NCBI GenBank assembly: GCA_040954595.2
Contig: CM082589.2
Location: 586,988 to 650,987, forward strand
DNA: 64,000 nucleotides
From: Balanoglossus misakiensis
Lineage: Eukaryota > Animalia > Hemichordata
Reading direction: 5' to 3'
The notes under the pieces were generated by a model. That model did not search any database, was not told the origin of the DNA, and saw only the letters and a list, made by a program, of their open reading frames with translations. Shown here piece by piece: positions 25,601 to 36,600 of the stretch. The position numbers and the translations under genes were made by a program. The first letter of the stretch is position 1, and the number at the start of each line of letters is the position of its first letter.

Positions 25601-25760
25601 GTTGTCTTACAACATTGAGGTTTAAATGTTGTCTTCTTTTATTTTGTAGTTTGGAGATCATCCATGTACTCAGACCGAAAATGATGAATATTCAGATGTG
25701 GAACATTTGCAAGGGAGTCGTGACATCACACCACAAGAATTCATCAAACTTCTCTTCTGA
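22679..25760 (+). CDS. FBXO32: F-box only protein 25/32 (atrogin-1/MAFbx-like), 9 coding exons, 382 aa
   Basis: join(22679-22806,23744-23913,24031-24077,24350-24445,24564-24657,24791-24963,25065-25250,25384-25527,25650-25760), 1149 nt, all GT-AG and in frame. Starts [18 protein letters not shown] (cf. MPFLGQDWRSPGQNWVKT); has RKFNYV, F-box [10 protein letters not shown]...[17 protein letters not shown]...[10 protein letters not shown]...DHPC, and ends [10 protein letters not shown]. Probably co-orthologous to FBXO25 and FBXO32. Confidence 0.92.
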
Positions 25761-26669
25761 GGATCAAGACTTAACAAAATTTACAAACTTTAACACAAAT
25801 TTAATCAGTGCGACTGTGATCACTTATTTGGAGGCGGATCACAAACAAGACTGACTGCTCCGATCAGATCTGTGCCAGAAGAAATGTACAGAAGAGTATC
25901 AGCCAATCACGGACTAGCAGTGAAAGAGGCAATCTGGTTACAAGTGATCTGATTGGTCAGAAATGAGGACTGGCAAGACACAGACAAACCTACTGGTTTG
26001 TTGTCAGTGTTTACTTATGCATAGTCAGACCAGCTTTTCATTTGCAAGCATGTAAAGTTGGTGACAGTGCATGGCTAGTTTTGAATCTTATTCAATTGAA
26101 ATTCATATGGATGATACTAAAGACTTGATAACTCTTTCTACAAGTTGCCGTATTTTGTAATCGTGTGCATTTCTATTATTGAGAAACAAAAGAATACGAT
26201 TTCATGCCTCTTGAGGACGCTAGGCCCCTGCCCTACACATGCCTAATGAACAACCCACTGAGATGCGTTCTAAAACATTTGTAGATATTTATTTTTCATA
26301 CCATTTCATCATTCAAAAGCTTCAGTGAAATCTATTTATAAGAACAATGATGGAATTATTAAGTAGAGTACTTTGCTACAGGTACGATTAAAGACTCATG
26401 ACCTCCGTGTACATCATGATGCCACAGTCGACTTTTGCAAGCTGAACATCTGAACAATTAATAGATATGCAATAGTTTTAAGAGTTTTTGCAGTGGCATT
26501 GATGTTGTCTAAACCCGTGTTTTTGGCATTCTAAGAGTATTTATTGCAGTTGACAACAAAACACCAAATAAAAAGTGTAAGCAAATATAAGTTTGTAAAA
26601 AAACATAAACAGAAGATATATGTCTTCTAAAAAGTAATCAAACAAATATACTCCATGAAAAACCAACAT

Positions 26670-26905
26670 TAAAATAAATACTCATCAGTGTCTCAAATAA
26701 AACAAATGTATTTTTGTGGAAAATAAATACAATTATATTTAGAAATGAAATACAACAAGTACTTGTGAAGAAAAAATAAATACAACTACTAGAAATGAAA
26801 AAAAAAATATTTCTGGGTGGAAAAACTTATTGAGAAATGAAAAATAAGTATTTGTAGAAAAAAATCAATACAATTACATCTAGAAAAAAATAATAAATAT
26901 AACTT
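26670..26905. repeat. A-rich degenerate minisatellite containing several AATAAA
   Basis: Recurrent unit AAATAAATACAA.TA...TAGAAATGAAA at about 26721, 26774 and 26862, with extreme A/T strand skew. Confidence 0.6.
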
Positions 26906-27669
26906 AAAAGTCTAACAGAACATTTTGACTATTTGTTGTTTTGTGTGTGATGTTGTCTCCTGCCCTCTAAAACTTGTGTCAATTTTGGTTTTCAACCGTT
27001 TATGTCCATACAAAGTCCCTGTAATAGAGGGCTTGAGATGAAACAACATATGCCTGGTGTCTGTCTGTGTGTGTGTGGGGGGGGGAGGGGGGTAGGGGAG
27101 GGGAGGGAGGGAGGAAGGCTACCTTTTATAATCCGAAGAAACATCATAACACACAACTTCCATGTTACATTTGTTCAGCAATAGTAATTATGAATGCATA
27201 AAGTAAATATTCATCACTTACTTCCATCCTCTAACCGGACATCTTGCGTGACATCAAAAACAGTCATGTTCATGTTCAATTCGCGTTCAACAGAACAATG
27301 GACTGAAGAGGATAACAGACTGACCACTTGTCCGAAAAATGTCTGGACTCAGTATGTGACCGACAATAATGGACATTCCAGCAGAACACAGGACATTAAT
27401 GTGTCAATTTTATGATGCCCTGACTGTTCGTTTGTTTGTCTTGTGGGTCTGCTGCTTCTCTTAAAATCACAGAAAGAATTCCACGAACTGAACATCTCTT
27501 CCTACCTGACACATTCAAACATGATGCAACCCTCAAAGTTGAGATGTCTCACTCTTCATCACAATAATGAATGGATAAAGCTATGGAATTTTGTCTAACA
27601 TAAAATTTATAAATAATTTAGATTTCAAAGTTTACCGTGTGTACCTCTTCTGTCTGATGTAAATATCTG

Positions 27670-30600
27670 TCACGTTTTTTCATGTTGGTCTTCATCACTT
27701 TTCTGACTACTTTTCTCCATCAGCTTTTCCAACTTTCTTTTCTTACTGAGCTTCTTCTGGTGTCCTCTTGACTTCAAGTGGCCTGCAAACACATAATATT
27801 TGTACAAGTTGTAGAGATCTGGCCCACATAGTACTGACTGATCAGTGAAATTGTTATAGCGCCGCCTAGTGTCCACATACAGGAATACCATAGGGTCTTT
27901 CATACACCCACACATATGGGACAGGTTAGGTTAGACTTTGATCAGTTACATAACAGTTATTTTACAATCTGTCTAGCCAAAGGTAAATAGGGACAAGTTG
28001 ATTTACAAGTCGGCAGCTTTCATGGGCATGTTGAGTCTCAGCATGTCTGGCTTGGAGCCAGTTTCATCCTGGGAGATTAATACTGGTACATACAGAAATT
28101 GGCTTTCTATCTGTGTTTTCAGCATTCAAAAATTGAGTAGACCGCAAAATATTCAAATGTTTTCATACAACCCCACCTTGCCATTGTTGCTGTCCGACGA
28201 TCAGTTTTCCATCACAAACTTCACAAACATGTGACGTATGTATATCTACATTTGGAGTTTCTTGCTGGGAAAGTGACGATACTGATGGTGTCTCCTCCTG
28301 CAAATAGAAAATTATCAAAATAAGAAAACAATTCTCCCAGTTTCAGACATTTACAGAAAAAAGGTGTAAAATACATTTGATATGCCTAGAGTTTTTCGAA
28401 CATGTTTACAGAGCAGATTTAAGGCTCAAATGATGTAATCACAGTAGACATGTTTTTTCATGAGTCTATTTCTAATCTTGTCAGGTAATCCTATATTACC
28501 ATGGTAATGTGTACATATTATGTATAAATATTTTAAACAAACAAGTGGTCTTAGCAGCCAAGCAACTTGGAGAAAAAGATACTATGTTATGTTTTATCCA
28601 TGATAGATATTTTATATTTTAACAGGGCAAAACTTTCTGACATATATGATATGTTAAATCGGATTGCTTAAATCAGACTCGGGGCAGAAAATTCATAATT
28701 TAGAGTTTCACATTTTGTAGTCCAATGGTAATCTAATGTCGGTGTATTACAGCAGGCAATTTTCATTAACATAATCCTTTCATGTCTGATCACCACAAGA
28801 AACCAAATTCAAAACTGACTCTGGATGGCTGTTGCCTCCTAAATAAATAACCTTTGAACTTTCAGTTATGCTTGGTCAAAGGTCAAGGGGTCATGTGTAA
28901 GATTTGGACGCAGAGAATCTTAAGTATGGCAAACATTCTCATTGGTATACACAGTATTTGGGAGAATTTCATTTGTCCAAAAATAGACTCATTTCAAGGG
29001 AAATTTCTGACCAACCTGACATACAGCTTGTAATATTTTCAGCGCTGGCTCTAAGACTCTCTCTTCCCATTGGTCAACATGAGTTGTGTCTAAACCATAC
29101 ACAGGAGGGACATTGCCACCTGGCCCTAAAAAAATACAAAAAAGAAATTTATAGAAATTCTCAAATTAACACAAAGTTGTTTTTAAATGATGCTTGTTCG
29201 ATAGACTAGTTCTAGACTATGTTTTTTTCTCACATTTGCTCACTGTAGTGAGAGAGCGAGCGAGCAAATGCGAAAAACATGCGTAGTTTAGAAACTAGAC
29301 GACTGTACTTGTTTGAGGGCAGACATTATTTGGTTTACATCCTGGTGAAGGTTGCTACATGCATTGTCCAATCACAAACAACCTTGCAATGTCTACAGGT
29401 CAGCTGTACTTATTTGTTTTGGTGTGAAATAAACAGCTGTCGGGGAAGCGGGTATCCCATGATGCTCTCTGAATTCCAGGAAACTCTCCTTGGACTGCAA
29501 AAACATGTCCTTAGCACACAATACTGTAATCCCTGTCGACAATTTCAACAAATTCTGGAACCTTGGAAGAGGGCTTCAGGTTTTTTGAGTACTAACCTTG
29601 CAGTTTTAGAAAAGAAAAAACCAATTCTCCAGAAGGAAAAACATTGTATAAGTCTTACAGAATGGCCTCTGGTTAATTTCTCAGTGGATGTATCATGTAA
29701 ACAGTTGTACAACCATAGACAGTAGAGGGGAGATGGACGCATCTTTACTAAGCATTACTACACCACAGATTTGATGCGCGTTATCGTGACGTAGAACGGA
29801 CCAGAGTACTAGTATTAATCCTTGTTTTTTCTGTTCAGCAAAAACAAACTTGGCTTGTGCATGTGATAACAGTTTTCATTTGCAATATTGACATATTATT
29901 CATTGTCCTTGAAGTGTTTTCATTTTTGACATGACTACATTTTGCACTCATACAATCAATAGGACAATCTAAGTGCTAAAATTCACACCTGCTCATTTAC
30001 ATGACCTTAAAGTGACCTCACGTTTTATGAGTTTACACTCAAGCTGGCCATTTCAACCATTATAACCAAATTTAGAATAACATGTCTTTTTCTGTGTACT
30101 CAAACAAAGTGATTACCGACAATACTGCATAGCCAGAAACTATCCCAGAATGTGGGTTCATCTAAAGGTCATGAAAGCAGTGTTTTCTGTCTTGACTTCT
30201 GGGTCAGATAACAAGATTGTTTTTACACAGTGAGAGGAATGGATGACTTATAAATGATTTTCTGCTCATTGCGAGATCTTGCAAGACTTGGTTAATTACC
30301 GTAGCAACGATCATTACAAACTTACTTTTCAGGAAACGATTTCTGACCCATTTATTCTGTTTCCGACCGTATCTCCTTGTAGCAAGCTTCAAGGCTTCAA
30401 TTCCTTCCTTGAGTAACTTCTTGCCTTCATCGTTGCTTTGTTCTTCTTCGGACATGATTAAATACTTGTGAAATTCCTTGAAACCGATCGACTGAAAAAT
30501 ACCATGGGTGTACAGTACACTGGAAATATAATCACACCATTAAACATGTTAAATATACATGTATTTGCTGGTCATCAAATGTTTAACGTCAAAAATTATG

Positions 30601-33600
30601 CACGAAACCAGGTGTCTGGCAGAAAACAAAAACACTCAGCAACAAAACCCTGATGCGATCAATGTCATAATGTAATTGTGTCTACGTAATTTGATGTTTA
30701 ATCAATTCTCTTGAATAAAATGAAACAATCCCTCTTAAAGATTGCAATTCAATTATCTAATTAGTTTCAAAGAAAGCTTCCTATTGCAAACCTAATATCT
30801 GAATAATTGCAAACAGTTAACCCCAAATTGGCAAATTGAATTCAAGTCTGGACACACGGACTCATTTGTCGATAAAAAAGTTATAAATGGGGTTAGCATA
30901 TCATAGATTCTGTGTGAGTCTGCATCTCACAACTATTGATAGCAAAGTCAATGTACTCCTGTTGCCAGGCAACAAAGGCATTGTTATCTGTGGATAACTG
31001 ACCCTCATCTATTATAATCATTGCTGGACATGAGTGACCTCGGAACAACCTTCCCATCAACCCATTTTATATCAGACCTCTGTGACCAGTGACCTAATGA
31101 AGACAATTGGCACCACTGACCTAGTGAACCACCGCTGACATAACTGACCATCAGAGGTCACCTGTCCACTATAGGCTGCACTGGTCCGAACACACACACC
31201 AGTTTCATGTGATAATTTTCTGATTGGTCACCTTACTGACCGGAGAATTGGGATGACCAAAATGACCACCAGTCCACTCAGTCAGACATAAACTTTATGA
31301 TGCGACCTAAGTACTGTACACTAATCAACAAAATGACCAACTGATAAAGCATCCACTGGTTTCAGACAAAGCACTCATTGGTGACCAACTGCTGCACATC
31401 TGTCAAGGTCAAATAAGTCAAGGTCATCATTTACCTGTCTGGCTGCTCTTCTAATCTTCTCTGATTGTAATCTTTATGGAAGCCAATTAATTCTGGCAAA
31501 AGACCTTGGTCCAACATTGTATCAACTCTTTTGTCTAGTCTCTCATCTAGAACTGATAAAGAATGAATCATCGACTTAATTTCTCATCAAGATAATACTT
31601 TAGATATCAGAATTTCAAGTGTTTAATGCATTTTGAACAGCTAAGCGATGAATCTTTGAGAAGATGTTTTATATTTTACAAGTTTCTCCAACACTCCACA
31701 TCAAGAATTGCTACAAAAAGCAAAAGAAAAACAGGTGGTGGATATAACAAGAACCACCTGGTCATATTATGGTAATGGCGATGAAAGATGGGGTTTTGAG
31801 ACAAAGGCCAGGTGGCTAATTGTGACATTTACTGGAAACATTGTATCCAACTGCATCAATGATGCAACACTAGTTAGGGTCTTTTGTTTTTGCAACAACT
31901 GTTGAAAAGTTGACAAACCCCTGCTGCCAACACCATTGTTTTATTGTAACAATGTTTTAACAAGATTAAATGCATTACAGAACATTCTCCAAAGCTCAGA
32001 TCAGAACTAGAAATATGCTGTCAATAAAAAATGAGATTACAGAAAGTTTACCTGTTTGATCGCACTGCAGCCATAGTATGCAGAGATTCTTGTACCGTAA
32101 TGGACCCCCTAGGACGCTCCCACCAGTCTCAGATCTTTGAACTTCAAGTAGCTGACTGTGTGTCATACCATGCTGAGCAAACACTTGTAAACTCCTGGTG
32201 AAAAAGTTTGTCACATAGATACACATAAAGTAAACAGAAGTCAACCTATCACTTAACATTGGTTTCCAAATGTTCAGATTTTAAGTGCACTAGAAATCTA
32301 TTCAATTCAAATTTCAGGATGACAACTATTCAACAAAAGTATGCTTGTACCTCAGAAGTCATTAGGCAGTAAAGCTGTCAATGGTTTGGGCAATTAATGA
32401 AAGCTAAACAAAAGAATTTGCATTTTGAGACAAAACATAGACACCGCAAAGGCAAAACTTCTCTGAAGACTCATTTTCAAAGAAAGGTTATTAGTGAGGC
32501 ATTCTACACAGACACAATAAAACAAAGATCCCCCTCTGTTTAAAAACATGTGATGCGGAATTTCATGAGGATGAAAGCATGGTCAAGAGAACAACAATAG
32601 TCACAATAATGTTTTATGTAGATTTATACCAGTAACATGCACTCTAAAACAAAGATATGTTATTTGGGAGAGAAAAGATGCCATTCTCACCCCATCTCTA
32701 TGGCAACAATCAGGTTTTGGAACCAAGTACTAATAATATGTAAATCTTGTTGACATTTCATCAACACCTCTTTAAGTAATTCTCAAATCCTTCACTTTGA
32801 CCAAAAAGATTAGCAACCATCCACCCTTCAAAACTGTCATGGTAACATATTGCAACTTTTTATTACAAACAGAAGAGATTCCATATTTTGATGTCATTTC
32901 TTTGCATTACTCAACAAACACAAACAAAACAGACAAATTTAATCCCCATGCTAGTTTTTTTCATAAAAAAGGTGTCAAGAATCTCAGTATGGTAATTTGT
33001 CAAGTTTCATAACAAAATTCTAATGAGATGCAAATCCCCAGATAAGTGTATTTCACACCCGATCTTAATTATAATCTTGATCATGACAAACATTTCGCCA
33101 AGCTTTGTCTGAAATTGACAAAAATGTCTAGTTTCAGACAGAAAGATATGTTGAGTTGATTTATGAAGTTTGGTTTTGTTTTATGGTGGTAATAAAACAC
33201 AGAGACAACATTACTTTATTGTAGATTGTGCTTAAACTCACACAAATAAGTTACCAGGCACATACTAAAAAGATTTAACGATAAACATCAAAATTTCAGT
33301 ATTACACTTTAGAGAAACTGTCACAAATATTCTGTCAGCTGACTCTGAACACAACAAATTTCACTGTGCATACATTGCTTCATTTCTATAATTCTACAAT
33401 GATAACAACAGACACCAAACTACCTTGAACTTCTAGTATCTGATATTTTGATCAAACATTTGTCAGTTCATGGCCTTCTCTAATATTTGCGTGATGACGA
33501 CTCGATTCATTGGTGTGATTGAATCATGAAGTAAATGTGTGTTCTATGGTTGTAGATGCTCAGGCTTTCTGTTAGTTGTCTGAGGTTGAACTGAAGTCCC

Positions 33601-36600
33601 CTTTCTATTGCATACTGTCAACAATTAACGATGCTTATCATGTTTAGATGAACACGATAAATTCTCCAAACAAATATTAAATGCACATCACTCCTTACCT
33701 CAGCAGTTTTCTTTTATCATTTGGGTGAATTTTCTCAGCCATCTCTGGATCGACATCTTCCAGTTTTTGTCGAAGTTCAGCACCGCTGACTTTCTCAAAA
33801 TTCACACCAGACAAGTAAGTCCTCACATCTTCTTGTTTTGCAGATTCAACATCGAAGTTTGACACATCGATGTCTTCTCTGTCCTCACCAACATCAACGT
33901 CAAGCGACTCATCATCTGATGAACATTGTTTCATTTTTGGTTCTTGTGAATCACCATCAGCATCATAATCGCTGCTCAGTTTTCGTTTCCTCTTTTGCTG
34001 GGCCTTTCTTTTTTCTTCTTTTTCAAAGAGAAGTTCATCTGATCCTGAAATCTGGTTGCACAGTACAGAAAATGTCAAAAACAAGTAATACAAGTATACA
34101 AAATGACTACAGATGTACAAAAAGCACAATGTTCATCATCATTGTTTGACAGTTGACAGCCATTTTGGTTTGGCGGCCATTTTGAATTTCAGCTGCTGGT
34201 AAATTTCAGTTGTCATTAGCAACCTGTCATTGGTTCTCTTAACTGCACAGGGGTCCTTTCATTGTTTCTTTTTTCTGTAAAATATGTCAAACATCTGTGA
34301 TAAAATTTAGAAAATTCCTGAACTTCCTTTTAGCATCCTTAGGTAAATGAGTTAATTAGTGTTTGTAGTAACCTTTAGGCTTTGTTCTATTTCCTGTTCA
34401 CACTAAAATGTTTCTACAATGCACACACAAGAACTTTACACAACAAAAATTTGAATTGTGGAAGTGTCAAGACTAAAATATCAGCTCGAAATAACACTTT
34501 CAAATTATGTACAAATGTTCTTAAATCAAAAAGTTAAATTGACTTGTAACTCTGTGTGTGATCTTCCCAAGGAACAAAAGGAGACTTGAGAAGTTCGACA
34601 AGTTGAATCAAAAGTTGGTAAACTATTTTTCAGTTCAGGAATGTTGGTGCGACACAGACAATAGCTTCTTAAGTTTGCCATTCGGGTGGCCAGCTATGCC
34701 GTGGATTATGTCTCTCAAAGAATATTGGAAGTTTTTACAAGACCCTTTCACAGACCAGTCAGGTATTGATTTTTACTTAAACATGCTCTATTAGAGAGAA
34801 GATATTTGTAATTCTTCTTCAAGTGTTGCCTGTCTGAGAGGTGTGGTCTCTTGTCTTCTTCTTCACTATCAAAACAATAGCGATTATTATATTATTGTCC
34901 GATGTTCCATACACAGGGTTAAGCTGTCTGGATTTAAATGGATTCACCTTCACATTCTCCCCAGTTAAACTTTATAATCATCTCACCCCAGATAAACTTT
35001 CTACCCCAGATAAACTTTTCACCATAGTATCTAGCCGTGTTTTGTCCGTTAGTTTTTGAAGCAAAGCGGACACAACCCGGGCAAGATACTCAACCAATCC
35101 AGAGGCAAATCTAGAATGCTTGATGCTTACATTCATTACAATGAGTGACTGTTTACTTTACGACCTACTTAAAAACTTAATAGTAGAGTGAACTCAAAGG
35201 CTTTCTACATTTGGAAAATTGTGTAACAAGATGCAGTTGTTAATCAAAACAATTGTAATGTCTGGACACTTTTATGACTGGTCTTTGTTCCTTGGCTAAC
35301 ATCGTCTGTATTTGCCGACACTCAAAAATCTTGCTGGTTGCTTTCAGGCTATGAACTCTACTAGAAGTTCAAGTCTGAACAAACTCTGATACAAGTTCGA
35401 GTCTGAAAATGCATAGCTGTGTAATTCGGGACTGCTTGATTTTTATTTGGCAATTAACAACAGGATTTTTTTGTACATCTCTGTGACAGATGGACCATAA
35501 TTTTATTGGAAACTCACTTCACATCATTAAAATAGAATGGAAACAGTCAAGAGTCTGTAAAACACACAATAGCAATAAATTGGAAGCTTTTATTCAAAAT
35601 TAATCTTTTTACATCTTTAATCCCAAATGAAAATGATCAACTGAATAAATATAATACTGCACAAAATATAAATACAATTTTAGAAATGATATTTCAGAAG
35701 AATCTAACATGAAAAATATACATACCTTTGCATCAATGAGAACCTTCCAAAGCAGAGATTCTATATAGTAGTTGGTTCCACCAACAATAACCGGCAGTTT
35801 TCGTCTGGACAATACATCATCTATGTAATCTTTGTTAGGGAATTTGATCACACACAGTATGCATTGTCAGTTGCTGAATAAAAATTAAATTATTGCCATC
35901 ATTCACACTTTGGCAACTGTCCAAGTCTGGCTCTCCTGAAAGAAAAGCTCCTTAAAGGGTCATTGAACCCATACTCGGCATTTTGGCAACCGGAATATGT
36001 ATCAGTACAAAATTTTAATTGATTTATTTATTTCAATTTTCAATCAGCAATTCCTGTGTTTCTGATTTGGCTCAGAAATAATTAATTTCACTATCAAATC
36101 ATTATGGGAAGAAAAATAACAATACTCGTTTGAAATTATAGGATGATCTGGCCAATGATGAAATCTGGCAAAAAGTTGCATGCAGCACCCCCTGATAAAA
36201 CTGCCAAGTCAGCATTATATCCTTTAAAGAAGAAGGGCAAATATTTGTGGCATTTTATCTCTAAATCAAGCACAGTGACATAACATTTGTTGGCTTCTTT
36301 AAATGCTTTTTACGATTTGTAACAACTCTGACATTCATCTGTACTTTTTATTGTCATTTATGAAGCAACTGTTTTTTGAAAACATGGGAACACTACCAGC
36401 TTTGCTATTATCGTGATGGCAGATTAAAAATTTAAGACAGTTAATGCTATTTGATGAAAGAGAGATAAGATTCACATTTTCAGGGTTTCGGCCAATCAAA
36501 ACACAGCTTTTATAAATGACTTGCTCTCACGTTGGTTTCCAGGGGCCATATTTGTCCACCCTAGTAATTTATTCAGCGTTAAGAAAACTATTCAGATTGA

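Noticed and set aside
29016-29024. Alternative in-frame donor GCT|GTATGT in TRIT1 exon 8
   Set aside because: The CAG|GTTGGT donor better matches the remembered protein alignment, and there is no evidence for use of the other.
33491-33583. C/D-box snoRNA-like GTGATGA...CTGA
   Set aside because: It is on the + strand, antisense to the host TRIT1 intron, with no terminal stem or recognisable rRNA guide.
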